From a virus (Duplodnaviria; Caudoviricetes), in the IMG/VR virus record IMGVR_UViG_3300037424_000224, positions 1 to 64,000 of that record: a stretch of DNA of 64,000 bases. One strand, given 5' to 3'. How positions within the stretch are numbered: position 1 is the stretch's first letter; each line of letters begins with the position of its first letter. The translations under genes and the position numbers were made by a program. Positions 47,902-59,164 of the stretch are shown in pieces. The notes beneath the pieces were generated by a model, which searched no databases, had not been told where the DNA came from, and saw only the letters and a list, made by a program, of their open reading frames with translations.

Positions 47902-50216
47902 AATTAAATGCTAATGTTTATATCGACGATATACGTTTGGATATATCATCATATGCTATTTTGATTAATAGAAACTGGTCTCTTTGTAATTGTTTACAGA
48001 CATTTAGCATTACTTTAGACCCTACTGTAAAAGATTATCTAGCGTTATCCGGGTTAGTATTAAAGCCTTCTCTGGATGTAGAAATATGGGAATTCGGAGT
48101 AAAGGTATTTACTGGTTTTATAACTACTGTCAAATATAGTAGAAAACCTGAACCTCTAATAGAAATACAGGGTGCTGACAAGTTCAAGTATGCTAAAGAC
48201 TACTTTATCGACGAAGATTTCGGTGTAACTAACGGAGAAACAGTTGCATATTGGGTCAGTAGATTACTTGACCTATGCGGCTTGGATTATTCAATTGACA
48301 GTTCTGATGCTAACACGATGACCGTAGGGCCTGGAATTGAAATTAGTATGCGAACTGTAGAAGATGCAATTCAAGAGTTATTATCTTATTCGTCATCCTA
48401 TGTTTATACTAGCCCGAGTGGAAGAGTTCATATTTCAAATGGTACTCGTTCATCCAACATCAAATTCAAGACAGGAATAACCACAGTCTATGACCATAAT
48501 GACCCAACATTTATTGAGGGCGGAAACGTAAAACGAGCTTATCATCAGACCAATGATACCAATACAAGAGATATAGTTAAAGTATGGGGGTGGAAAGGTT
48601 CTAGCGCATTCTTAAATGCACACGAATCTCCATACTTAACTGCCACTGAGACAATAGACTTAGGTCTGCCAGTTCCAAAAACTGTGCTCTATGCAAGTAA
48701 CTATATCCAAACACAGGAAGCTGCTAATAATCTAGCAAATAGAATCATTAGTGAAGTGGGTAAGTTTGACTCTGTAAAGACAGTTGAGTGCATCGGTAAT
48801 CCTGCAATAGAAGTCGGACATAGAGTTGATATAGACCTAGACCTGGAATCTGAGCATTTAATCGGCTCAGCCAAAGTTACTACGATTAGTAGTAATATGG
48901 GCCAAGATGGCTATATCATGAACATAAAAATGGATGAATTTTGTCCTAAATTTGCAGCATGGTCTATTGCTACACCACCTCAGGTATTCTACGCTGGAAC
49001 TACTGCTCATGGAGTATTCAAATCATTAGATGGCGGATTAACTTGGTTCGATTATAATAGTGGATTGACTACTGGACGTAAATCAGTTAAGATGCTAGCT
49101 GCAACTTCAGAAGATGAGGTGATGGCGATCATTAACGGTAGTTTATGGTATACCACAACTAGCGGAATGACGCTCAGTGGAATTTGGACTAGGCGGTATT
49201 TAGGAATACCTACAAATGACGCTGGAGATAGTCCAGCACCGTCTGCTGGTAGTCCATTTGCAGTAGACTCGTCTGGCTCACCAAATGAATTTAATGTACT
49301 AAGTACATTTAAAATTGGAACTGGAATGATCCCTATTTCAGTTAGTGGTATTTATATACAAGACCCAATTAAGTATCGCTCGTGGGCATGGACAACAGAA
49401 GATACAGGATTAACATGGGACAGTGCCCAAATCAGTTATGACACAGTATCTGGTATTGACTATGATTTTGCAGGACTAGATTTAAGTAGTCGGTATGGAA
49501 CTCCATATGTTTTAGCAAATAAGGGGGTTGACTCTAATCCTGGTCTAATTGCAACACATTTTCCACTAAACCAAGTTGTTTGGGATGGGCATGATTTTCA
49601 TTTCACTGTCGGTGGAGATGCTGGTACTTATACTCAACGAGATAATCCTGTTTATAGTATACATTTTGGTATACAAGAATGGGATTTTATGCGAGATTCA
49701 GCAGGTAAACCAACCTATCGGCTGATCGGGACTTCTCCAAATAGAATTTTTGAAATTAACATCGTAGGAAGAGATATATCTGGTTGGCCTGTTCTGGCAT
49801 TAGGGTATCCAGTTACCAGAAAAATAAATTATTTAATTCAATCCGGTGGAGTAATATTAGATAACTTTTCTACAATACCTACATACCAGACTTCTCAAAT
49901 TGATGCAGCAAATATGTACCAAGTTGCTGGAAATGGATTTTATTGGGGGAAAATTACAATACCGGAGGCTACTTGGGGAGATAGTTTTTGGATAAAATTT
50001 TCTTTTTATACAAAATATATGGCAGTATTAAATGCAATATATTCGTACTCTTTTAGAACATATTCAGGGGAATCCCCATTTTACCCTGAAGAAGATACTT
50101 GGCCTTACCCTTATACTAAATGGCCTATCTTTCAATCAGGACAAATGACTGATGACGAATACCCACTTGCTTTGGGGGCGGGAACAATTCAAGTAATATT
50201 GGATGAATTAACATGA
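47898..50216 (+). CDS. Second hub/central tail tip protein with BNR-like repeats
   Basis: Hub N-terminus; GVFKSLDGGLTW and TTEDTGLTW repeats. Confidence 0.65.
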   Translation: MKLNANVYIDDIRLDISSYAILINRNWSLCNCLQTFSITLDPTVKDYLALSGLVLKPSLDVEIWEFGVKVFTGFITTVKYSRKPEPLIEIQGADKFKYAKDYFIDEDFGVTNGETVAYWVSRLLDLCGLDYSIDSSDANTMTVGPGIEISMRTVEDAIQELLSYSSSYVYTSPSGRVHISNGTRSSNIKFKTGITTVYDHNDPTFIEGGNVKRAYHQTNDTNTRDIVKVWGWKGSSAFLNAHESPYLTATETIDLGLPVPKTVLYASNYIQTQEAANNLANRIISEVGKFDSVKTVECIGNPAIEVGHRVDIDLDLESEHLIGSAKVTTISSNMGQDGYIMNIKMDEFCPKFAAWSIATPPQVFYAGTTAHGVFKSLDGGLTWFDYNSGLTTGRKSVKMLAATSEDEVMAIINGSLWYTTTSGMTLSGIWTRRYLGIPTNDAGDSPAPSAGSPFAVDSSGSPNEFNVLSTFKIGTGMIPISVSGIYIQDPIKYRSWAWTTEDTGLTWDSAQISYDTVSGIDYDFAGLDLSSRYGTPYVLANKGVDSNPGLIATHFPLNQVVWDGHDFHFTVGGDAGTYTQRDNPVYSIHFGIQEWDFMRDSAGKPTYRLIGTSPNRIFEINIVGRDISGWPVLALGYPVTRKINYLIQSGGVILDNFSTIPTYQTSQIDAANMYQVAGNGFYWGKITIPEATWGDSFWIKFSFYTKYMAVLNAIYSYSFRTYSGESPFYPEEDTWPYPYTKWPIFQSGQMTDDEYPLALGAGTIQVILDELT

Positions 50217-50794
50217 CACAACCATTACCAGTATTAACACCAGTTCCTTCTGGGTGGTATTATCCACCACCTTCAGGAGTACAACCTGGTACATATTTCT
50301 TTGAGACAGTAGGTTCTGACTGTATATTTCTACAAACAATAAGTGGAGTAGGAAACGGACATATATTCGAGGGAATAAATGGAATCTATCTATTTGGTTT
50401 ATCCAATGGACTATTATTCGCGGACAATGCAGTGGATTTCACTCCAATAAGTTCCTATGCGAGCTCTGTGACTCAAATGGACAGCACTGGACTTACAGTA
50501 ATATTTAAGAATACTACCGGACTAAAATCATACGTGTATTCTCAGAAAATACCAGAGACCTATAATGGCTGGAACTTAGAAACAACTATTTCTGGAACAA
50601 TGGTTTCAGATTCAGCGGGAGAACCTGACGAAATTATATCTGTAAACTTACCTACGCTTGTGGGAAATTCAAGGTCAAATACTTATCCAAGAGTACAGCG
50701 AATTACATCAAAAACAACACCTTTAGGTGCATTTGCTAAATCAGATACAGGAATACCAATAAATGCACAAATTACAGATTTAGAGGCAGTATAA
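50213..50794 (+). CDS. Tail tip protein, hypothetical
   Basis: Coupled ORF in the tail module. Confidence 0.5.
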   Translation: MTQPLPVLTPVPSGWYYPPPSGVQPGTYFFETVGSDCIFLQTISGVGNGHIFEGINGIYLFGLSNGLLFADNAVDFTPISSYASSVTQMDSTGLTVIFKNTTGLKSYVYSQKIPETYNGWNLETTISGTMVSDSAGEPDEIISVNLPTLVGNSRSNTYPRVQRITSKTTPLGAFAKSDTGIPINAQITDLEAV

Positions 50795-52686
50795 TGTATA
50801 TAGTTACAGATTTAGAAGAACAAATTATGCGAGAAATTGATGCCGTTGGTAGAGTGAACTCTCTTCGCGGCTATGATTTTGGTGGAATTTCAGGTTCAGG
50901 TGGAGGTTCTGGAAGTCCTATTGGTGGTATTATTGGACAACTCGCTCAGAAGTATGTAACATTTGACACAACAGAAGGTGTTGACCCAACAATCCCATTC
51001 TCAGGAGCAAGTTTAGTAAATAACCTAAATAGAATTCGTTCTGGGGATGCACTTGGTAATGGTATAATTCTACTTAGACACTTATCTTCTGGTCTAATTA
51101 TACCAACAGAATCCTATATAACAGTAGAAGGTACTGGTGGTTCACCAGTTTATGAGAATATTAATACAATAAGGTTTACCAATGCTGATTTGGATTTAAT
51201 AGGATTAAATACTGTTAATGTTACTATAGTATCTTCAGGTAGTGGGGGTAGTGGAATATCTGGTAGTGGCTATAAATCAATAGAATGGTTTGTAGATGGA
51301 AGTCCATCACCTATATTTCTTTCAGAAGTACATAAATTATCAGAAAACTTTACTCCTGTAGATTTAACGACAGTTTGTCAAACTACTGGAAGTGGCAACT
51401 TAAGCGTGACATTGTACAAAAGCCTAGATGCTATAACTTGGGAATCAGTTGGTATTGCTGGTATTTATGCTGGAAATAGAACTGACAAGTTCAATATAAC
51501 ATCGGCGGAGTTATTAAAAGATACTTATCTAGGCTTACAAATAGATTCATGCCCAGAATTACCATCTGGTATTCCATTTGAAAATTTATCATTCATACTA
51601 CATGGAATTGGTCAAGTAATTACATCTAGTGGTAGTGGTTCCTTACCAGTATTTTCTCCAAAAAGAATTCCCTATGCTGATAATACAACTGGAACTTTAA
51701 CAGAGTCAATTAGATTTAATCATTTACGCGATAATGGTAGCGATATGACCATTATTGGTTCAGAAGATTATACTAGAATCGGTGGTAGCTTAGAAAAAGT
51801 CGGATTAGTAATCGTAAGAGAAGAAGTCGATGGTGGACTCGTCATGGAGACCTACTCAGAAGGAACATATTCACCTTCTCTAGCAACCTTACGTGCGCGT
51901 GGAACACAGACAGTTCCCGAAGCCCTTTTGCAAAATGACGTTATTTTTAGATTTACAGGACGAGGTTACGGACAAACAGCGTGGGCCGGTAGCCCAAGAT
52001 TTAGATTTGAAGGTCGTACTACTGAGGATTGGACTGATGCGGCTCAAGGTACAAAAGCCGTTATCGGGGTCACTAAGTTAGGTGAAACCGCAACAACTGA
52101 TATAGTCACAGTAGATGGCACAGGATTATTAATCACAGGGGATATTAATGCGACAGGTAAATTAATAGGTATTGATTTACAAGTATCTGGCAATAGCCCT
52201 GCAATAGGGGATTTTCTAAGCGCGACGGATACTTCTGGTAATTTTATCACTACACACAGACAATATGCGTGGTACGATAAGATTAGTTCACAAACTATTT
52301 CACCCAGTAATACAACTATTATTGATTTTGAGGTTTTACAAGAAGATTTGTATAGTTGTGTAACGACTGGTATTTCCTGGAAATTTACAGTCCCAGAAAA
52401 TGGTTTATACGAAATAGTAGCAAGTATATTATTAGACGATATAGATTATGCCGAGGGAGAACTCCTAATCCTCGAACTTTATAAAAATGGTGGATTATTG
52501 TTATTATTTGACCATGTAACTACAAGAGCAACTACACTTTCGTCACAAACTTTGAAAGGTTCCTGTATACTTAGATTAAATAGTAGTGATTATATTGACA
52601 TGAGATTATTAAATGGCACTTATCAGGACTCAACTATTTCTGCAAATGAAGCCGGTTGTTTCATTCAAATAACAAGGATAGGATAA
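50794..52686 (+). CDS. Tail fibre with a C1q/TNF-like C-terminal head
   Basis: Gly/Ser linkers; FTVPENGLYEI..LNSSDYI C-terminus. Confidence 0.65.
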   Translation: MYIVTDLEEQIMREIDAVGRVNSLRGYDFGGISGSGGGSGSPIGGIIGQLAQKYVTFDTTEGVDPTIPFSGASLVNNLNRIRSGDALGNGIILLRHLSSGLIIPTESYITVEGTGGSPVYENINTIRFTNADLDLIGLNTVNVTIVSSGSGGSGISGSGYKSIEWFVDGSPSPIFLSEVHKLSENFTPVDLTTVCQTTGSGNLSVTLYKSLDAITWESVGIAGIYAGNRTDKFNITSAELLKDTYLGLQIDSCPELPSGIPFENLSFILHGIGQVITSSGSGSLPVFSPKRIPYADNTTGTLTESIRFNHLRDNGSDMTIIGSEDYTRIGGSLEKVGLVIVREEVDGGLVMETYSEGTYSPSLATLRARGTQTVPEALLQNDVIFRFTGRGYGQTAWAGSPRFRFEGRTTEDWTDAAQGTKAVIGVTKLGETATTDIVTVDGTGLLITGDINATGKLIGIDLQVSGNSPAIGDFLSATDTSGNFITTHRQYAWYDKISSQTISPSNTTIIDFEVLQEDLYSCVTTGISWKFTVPENGLYEIVASILLDDIDYAEGELLILELYKNGGLLLLFDHVTTRATTLSSQTLKGSCILRLNSSDYIDMRLLNGTYQDSTISANEAGCFIQITRIG

Positions 52687-54122
52687 TGATACATAATGAT
52701 AAAATTTTAGGTAAACCTCTTGTTCAATACCTTGATTTAAGGTCAAATATAGAAGCAATTACTAACCCAGAACAAGGAATGTTGGCTTATTCCTCAGATG
52801 AAAATAAATTATTACAATATACTGGAAGTGTATGGACAGAAGTTACTGGAACTGGTGGGTCTACTTGGTATAATGTAATTAATTATGGTGCAGACCCGAC
52901 AGGTATATCTGATAGCACTGCTGAGATAAATGCAGCAGCGGCGGCAATACCAAGTTCTGGTGGAGTTTTATATTTTCCAGCAGGACTATATTTAACTGAC
53001 GGTACTCCTATCTATTTAGATAATCCCACAGTGGTTAGAGGTGACGGAGCTTCTTCTGCTTATGATGCAGACTTTGGTATCTCTACAGTTAGAACTACAA
53101 CTACTGATGCCATTGTTTTCTGGGTTAGAAGTCAAAAATGTGACTTTCATGATATTTTTCTTCATTACGGGCACGTTACTAGACCAACAGCCGGAGCAGG
53201 TATTTATGTAGAATCTGGTGGTGATAATGTTACCTACGAAAATGTAACGACTAAGGGATTTTACTATAATGTAGATGTTCCAAGTGGTGCCCAATTTACA
53301 TATCATAATTGTAGAAATATTTATCCCGGCAGATTTGGTCTAGTTTGTCATCAAGCGGCCTTCAGTGGTGACTTCGGAGATCAAATAATTAGTGACTCTT
53401 GGTTTATTAGTGGGCCAGCAGCTAATGCTGAAGCCGGATTAAAGATTTATGCTGGTGGTGGAGTTAAGGTTATAGGGTGTAAATTTAATGGCTGGTTAGG
53501 CCCATATGGATTTACTAATGATATAGACATAGAAGTAGGTGCCGGAGTTAATACTGGAATTTTACTAATTGAAGGATGTTCTATTGAAAATTGGAAAACC
53601 TCTGGAATTAAAGTTAGAACTAATGCTACTAAGCCTAGTACCTGGCACACAATAAACATAGTAGGAAACGAACTTGGTTCTTGGCTTTATCAAGACACCA
53701 ATGCTATAGATATACAAGCAGATACAATAAATGATGTTAGAGATGTATTAATATCATCAAATGTTTTTGTTAGTACACTCAGTCCTACCGGAGCAGCAAT
53801 TAATTTATCAAAGATTAATACTGCTAGAATTACCGGGGACATTCGTAATACAACTTTTACTACTGGTTATCAATCACTGTTGTCTACAACGGATTGCTTG
53901 GATATTGTTATTGATGCAGACTTATCTGGGCCAACTTCCGCAACAGACTCAAACTTTGCATCATTTGATGGAATCACTGGTAAATTAATAAAAGATAGTG
54001 GTTATAATATAAATAATATTAGCAGTTACTTTGTATCTTCAGAAGTTTTAATGGCAGACGGAATAACTCCTCCTGATCCTTTGACTACAGAAGATGAGAC
54101 AGACTGGCTATATGAGGACTAA
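52656..54122 (+). CDS. Tailspike with a pectin-lyase-like beta-helix
   Basis: NVINYGADPTGISDSTAEI..GVLYFPAGLY. Confidence 0.8.
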   Translation: MFHSNNKDRIMIHNDKILGKPLVQYLDLRSNIEAITNPEQGMLAYSSDENKLLQYTGSVWTEVTGTGGSTWYNVINYGADPTGISDSTAEINAAAAAIPSSGGVLYFPAGLYLTDGTPIYLDNPTVVRGDGASSAYDADFGISTVRTTTTDAIVFWVRSQKCDFHDIFLHYGHVTRPTAGAGIYVESGGDNVTYENVTTKGFYYNVDVPSGAQFTYHNCRNIYPGRFGLVCHQAAFSGDFGDQIISDSWFISGPAANAEAGLKIYAGGGVKVIGCKFNGWLGPYGFTNDIDIEVGAGVNTGILLIEGCSIENWKTSGIKVRTNATKPSTWHTINIVGNELGSWLYQDTNAIDIQADTINDVRDVLISSNVFVSTLSPTGAAINLSKINTARITGDIRNTTFTTGYQSLLSTTDCLDIVIDADLSGPTSATDSNFASFDGITGKLIKDSGYNINNISSYFVSSEVLMADGITPPDPLTTEDETDWLYED

Positions 54123-54124
54123 TA

Positions 54125-54811
54125 ATGGCAAAAGCAAGTACAAATAATTTTCCGGGAATAACCTTTGTTGACCAAGGTTTAAATCCCACTACCCCTACAG
54201 GTGGTAACTCAAGAGTTTTTACAACTGTAAGTGGATTGTTTTTGATGGATGATGTTGGAGCAGTTATCGGCCCATTTGCTACCACTGCTTCTGAAGGTGG
54301 AGCGATGACCAGAATTGGCAGCCCAATAGTGTTAGCAAGTCCAGCACCCAACTTTGATTTTACGAGTATTCCTAGTACATATAATCACCTAAAGATTATA
54401 ATTCAAGCTAGAGGAGATACTGCTTTAGGACAGACAGACGTACAAATGCGTTTGAATAATGATGGCGGTGCAAATTATGATAACGAATTATTAAATGGTA
54501 TTAACACCACAGCCTCAGCATCTAATGTAACAGCAGGAGTAGATAACTATATTGGAAATGTTCCAGCTGCAAGTGCTACGGCGGGTTTTGCAGGTAGCCT
54601 TGAGATTGTTATATTTAATTATGCTCGAACAACCTTTTACAAGAATTACAACGGTATAAGTGGAAGCATGGCTAGTGCAGCGGCAAATGCACTTAGTAGA
54701 TTTAGTACTGGACAATGGAGAAATACAGCCGCCGTAAGTAGAGTAACTCTAGTTCCTGGAGCAGGTAATTTCGATACCGGTAGCGTAGCAACATTATATG
54801 GAATTTATTAA
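54125..54811 (+). CDS. Minor tail/fibre-associated protein
   Basis: FTSIPSTYNHLKI..RLNND..Y..AVSRVTL..GSVATLYG, a recurrent phage fibre domain. Confidence 0.6.
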   Translation: MAKASTNNFPGITFVDQGLNPTTPTGGNSRVFTTVSGLFLMDDVGAVIGPFATTASEGGAMTRIGSPIVLASPAPNFDFTSIPSTYNHLKIIIQARGDTALGQTDVQMRLNNDGGANYDNELLNGINTTASASNVTAGVDNYIGNVPAASATAGFAGSLEIVIFNYARTTFYKNYNGISGSMASAAANALSRFSTGQWRNTAAVSRVTLVPGAGNFDTGSVATLYGIY

Positions 54812-57244
54812 ATGAGTAGACTTAGTGTGCATTTTAATGATTCAGGAAATAAAACTGGATTTGGAGAATTCTTACATACTACATTTGAAGCAAAATCTCC
54901 AATAAAAATTATCTATTCAGTTAATGGTAATATTAAACCAGATATAATTAAATATAGTCCAAGTACACTTTTAATTTATCGTAGACAAACAGAAACATTT
55001 AATCGGCTTCCTAATAACTTCTTTATGGATGACCCGGTACAAGATGCGACAGATTGGTTATTAAATACTAAAGACCCAACAGATCAAAATAGAAGTCAGT
55101 TAGAAAACTGGTTATTAAATCCTGCTGATTATTATGATCCATTAAATGAACCAAGTATTGAACTTGCTGATCCAAATAATCCAGAACAGGTAGCAGAAGC
55201 AATTAGACGAGCAAAATATTTAAATACTTGGGAATTAACTGCTTTAGAAATTGCCCATCAACACGGATTAAAATTAGTTTTATTTTCCTTTGGTACTGAA
55301 TCTGGTACTTTAGATTTAAGAGTATGGAATGAATTAATTCCTTGCTTAACTAAAGGTAAAGAATACGGGGCAATCCTAAGTCTACATGCCTATGGTTTAA
55401 CTGGTGATTTAATTAATAGACCGGGGGCATATAAACAACATCTAAATATTTATAAACTACTTCCAGAATCTTTACATTTACCAGTAGTTTATAGTGAATG
55501 TGGCGCTGGAAATGGTTATGATACCGGATTATCTGGACAAGCCTTCGTAGATGACTTGGGTTTAGTAGATGATTATTGGAGAACTGATAAATTAGTTTTG
55601 GGTGGATGTGCATTTCAATTAGGTGGTCAGGAAAGTAATATGGTAGATGTACTACCAGAATTGGGTGAATATATTAAAACTCATCCAGATGAAGAAGGTG
55701 AGGATATGAAATTAAATTATGTAGTAATAGGGTATTTAGCACCTCAAAATGCTACTATTGAACAAGTAAAACAAATACAAGAAGATGCTTTTCCAACTCG
55801 ATCTACTGTAAGTCAATCAGCAGATGATGTACGTGCATTAGTATCTATGGGATTACCAGGAAGTAAGGCCATTATTTATGAGCCTCAAACATGGCCTGGT
55901 GGGATAGATGGGATTACTCAATATTTTATAGGGCTATCTATTGAATTTAGATATTTTGGTGGTCAATCTGTGGATTTTTGGGTACAGTCACCTATTCTGG
56001 ATATTCCATTTAGAGTGACTGACCCATTTAATGCTCCTAGAAGTTATGCTAATGGTAAACATGAAGGACTGGATTTAGATTGCTATGACGATATAAATCG
56101 CAGAGCAGTAAATATTTATGCTGGTCAGATAGGAACAGTTGAATCCGTAGTTACTATATGGTCCGGTACTAGTTACGGAAAACATGTTATTATTAAACAT
56201 AACTGGTATGGTCAGGTTTTTAAGACTTGGTATTGTCATTTATCAAGCGTGTCTGTAATAGAAGGACAGACAGTACGAATAGGCGAAAAGATAGGCGTTG
56301 GTGGGAATACTGGAACTACTGCAATCCATTTGCATTTTATGATTCAATGGATTGGACATGGTTTGTCTAGTTATTTTACACTGGATGTAGTCGATCCATT
56401 ACCTTTGATCAGAAAACCTAGTTCTACCCAGTATTTAACTAAATCTGGCGTTGGTATGGCTTCACAGTCTATTTTAAGTAATACAGAACTCTTAGCAATT
56501 ACTAAAAGCAAAGTTTCTACAACTTTAGTACTAACTCTTCCAGATTATGAAGATACTAAAACAATGGTAACACAATTAAAGATATTAAATCAGGAAATTA
56601 TTGGTAGACTCTTTTTTAGTGCTAATATAGGAAGTAAGTTTACTCCACAAGAATTCCTAAATTATTGTGGAAATGGTTTAACTGGATTATATGATTCGGG
56701 GGTTAGAGTATTTCAAATACATAATGAACCTAACCTTGAATCTGAAGGCAATGGTTGGAATTGGGTAAATGGATATGAATTTGGCATTTGGCTAAAAGGT
56801 ATAATTACTTTACTTAAAACCAAATATTCAGATATTAAATTAATATATCCTGGATTGTCCCCTCAACCTAATACAGTACAATTCTTTAAGGATTCTAAGT
56901 TTGCTGCTGACTTATGTGATTACGTAGGTGTACATTCCTACTGGCATACAGTACAAAACGGTCAATGGAACATGATTGATCGATCAGGAGGCATGTCCTG
57001 GAAAGATGTGGCAGATTTAACTACTAAGGATATTATTGTTACTGAATATTCTAATAATAATCCTAACGAAACTTATGAGAATAAAGGTCTTCAATATAAA
57101 CAATATATTGAACTATTAAAACAAGATGGTAGAGTAGTCTCTGCGTACAGTTTTGCTCTAAATTGGCCCAATCAGGACGTAAATAGAGAAGGTTGGGTAT
57201 ATAATGGAAGTCTTACAGCAATACCGGAGAAGTTAGGAATATGA
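54812..57244 (+). CDS. Multidomain endolysin: GH-like barrel + M23 peptidase + GH-like barrel
   Basis: M23 HEGLDL, YCHL, HLHF; SLHAY..YSECG and HNEPNL..VHSYW..VTEY. Confidence 0.75.
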   Translation: MSRLSVHFNDSGNKTGFGEFLHTTFEAKSPIKIIYSVNGNIKPDIIKYSPSTLLIYRRQTETFNRLPNNFFMDDPVQDATDWLLNTKDPTDQNRSQLENWLLNPADYYDPLNEPSIELADPNNPEQVAEAIRRAKYLNTWELTALEIAHQHGLKLVLFSFGTESGTLDLRVWNELIPCLTKGKEYGAILSLHAYGLTGDLINRPGAYKQHLNIYKLLPESLHLPVVYSECGAGNGYDTGLSGQAFVDDLGLVDDYWRTDKLVLGGCAFQLGGQESNMVDVLPELGEYIKTHPDEEGEDMKLNYVVIGYLAPQNATIEQVKQIQEDAFPTRSTVSQSADDVRALVSMGLPGSKAIIYEPQTWPGGIDGITQYFIGLSIEFRYFGGQSVDFWVQSPILDIPFRVTDPFNAPRSYANGKHEGLDLDCYDDINRRAVNIYAGQIGTVESVVTIWSGTSYGKHVIIKHNWYGQVFKTWYCHLSSVSVIEGQTVRIGEKIGVGGNTGTTAIHLHFMIQWIGHGLSSYFTLDVVDPLPLIRKPSSTQYLTKSGVGMASQSILSNTELLAITKSKVSTTLVLTLPDYEDTKTMVTQLKILNQEIIGRLFFSANIGSKFTPQEFLNYCGNGLTGLYDSGVRVFQIHNEPNLESEGNGWNWVNGYEFGIWLKGIITLLKTKYSDIKLIYPGLSPQPNTVQFFKDSKFAADLCDYVGVHSYWHTVQNGQWNMIDRSGGMSWKDVADLTTKDIIVTEYSNNNPNETYENKGLQYKQYIELLKQDGRVVSAYSFALNWPNQDVNREGWVYNGSLTAIPEKLGI

Positions 57245-58691
57245 TTAATGTATTTGGTTTTGGAGACCCGGAAAGATGGATAGTTATATTTTTTATATCT
57301 TTATCCTTGTATTTCTTGTGGTCTAATAAAAGATTATATGATAAACGAACAAAAATATTACTATCTATACCACGAATATATTTAATAATATATGAAATAG
57401 CAATTATTATAGATTTATATAATTTGTCTAACTCAGTAAGTAATTTATTCAAAACAGGATATGGTGGAGTGATCGGTATTTTATTACTCTTTGCAGTAGA
57501 AGTATACGTTAGATTGGTAAGCAAAAAGTATGGTCGCCAATAATTATGGATTTTTTAAATAGTATTCAGTGGGGAAATGTATTTACTGCCGTAACTTTAA
57601 TTACTACTGCTTTCTTAGCATGGAGTGATGTTAGTAAGAGACGAGCAGAAAAACGAGCAAAAGACTCTGAATCCCACAAAATTGAAACAGACGCCGCAGA
57701 CGTGATTACCGAATCAGCATTAAAACTATTAACTCCTAAAGACAAACAAATTGAACAGCAAGATTTACAAATAACAAGACTACTTGCTGAAAATCAACAA
57801 CTATCTAATAAGTTTAATATTCTTGAATCTTCGACAAATAACTTGATTAAACGAGTTAGTGATTTAGAAAACGTTAATAATGAATTAATTAAACAAAGTG
57901 AAGAATGGAAAACTGAACGTAAAGAATGGGAGCTTGGTATTGGTAAACTATTAAGCCAATTAGTTAAGGCTAAAATAGCCCCAGTTTGGCTACCACAAGG
58001 AATTACTATATCTGAGATTGAATTAGAGCCTAAATTAGTAATTTCAGGATTTGGTTCTAAGAAGGTGAACAAATGATAGAATTAATGTCGGGAGTTTTAT
58101 TTGGAATTGCTGCTCATCAAACGGATAGAATAGTTAAAAATTGGCCTCATCAATGGGAATATTTAAGTAGATATGGAATTGGATATTTAACTTGTGGATT
58201 TACCTTTGTTTTAATTATAAAAAAATTAAATCCAGGTATAATTAAAGATGCTATTTTAGCATTTGGAGGGGCAGGATTCTCTACAGGTCTAGGAGTTTTA
58301 ATTGCTAGATTGTACGACGAGTATATAAAGTGAGGTAAATATGGTAGAAGATAAAATAAGCCTAAAAGAGTATGTTGACCTAAAAATTGGAGCAATTGAT
58401 AAAGCAACCTCAGTAGCGTATGCCAGCATGGAAAAACGCCTTGAGGGTATGAATGAATTTAGAAATCAATTAAAAGACCAAAATATAACCTTCATAACCA
58501 AGGCTGAATATTCAGCCCACATGAATAAAATAGAAGAAGACATTAGAATTCTTAGAGAGTCCAAAGCTCAATTAGAAGGTAAAGCTTCACAATCAGACGT
58601 AAATTCACTAAGATTAATTTCTTATATCAGTTTGGCTATAGGGCTTAGTGGGTTACTTATAACGTTGATTAAATTATTAGGAGTAGTATGA
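57241..58691 (+). other. Four tandem membrane proteins after the lysin (57241-57543, 57546-58076, 58073-58333, 58341-58691); holin/accessory lysis candidates
   Basis: TM segments in each; two have long coiled coils. Confidence 0.65.
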
Positions 58692-59164
58692 CAAAATTAA
58701 ATGTACCAGATGCAAATACAGGCAAATTTCTGGAAATAGATTTAGATAATCCTGCTGGTAGTTATTATGTTACAGACGTTAATACCGGTAAACTAAGATT
58801 AATTGATTTAACCAATAATACCGGCAGTTATTATGTTAATGATGCAAATACTGGAAAAGATGTATTAATTGATTTGGCTAATTTATCAGGAAGTATTTAT
58901 ACTAGAGATGAAAACACAGGTAAGTTAGTTTTAATTAATTTAGCATCTCCTAGTGGAAGTTATTATGTAACTGACCCTAATACCGGTAAATTAGTATTAG
59001 TAGATGCCTCTAAATGTATAGTATTAAATAATGGCGGCCTGCGCTCCGGCGTGAGCGTGGGTGGCGGGGGCGAGCCTGCTACTGTTGGCGACTTCCTGCT
59101 GATGGAAGATGGATCGTTTCTACTGCTCGAATCCGGCGATCAAATTCTACTGGAGAGTAACTAA
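58688..59164 (+). CDS. Protein with five 22-aa repeats and a GC-rich C-terminal LLxExG motif
   Basis: Repeat consensus DxNTGKxxLIDLxNxxGSYYV; GC jump near 59030. Confidence 0.7.
   Translation: MTKLNVPDANTGKFLEIDLDNPAGSYYVTDVNTGKLRLIDLTNNTGSYYVNDANTGKDVLIDLANLSGSIYTRDENTGKLVLINLASPSGSYYVTDPNTGKLVLVDASKCIVLNNGGLRSGVSVGGGGEPATVGDFLLMEDGSFLLLESGDQILLESN

Noticed and set aside
37073-50794. Contractile (myovirus) tail
   Set aside because: No sheath or baseplate J/wedge genes; tube, chaperone frameshift and long TMP fit a siphovirus
1620-58407. Opposite-strand shadow ORFs (e.g. 1620-2006, 11311-11610, 43562-43900)
   Set aside because: Antisense to well-supported genes, with no independent signals
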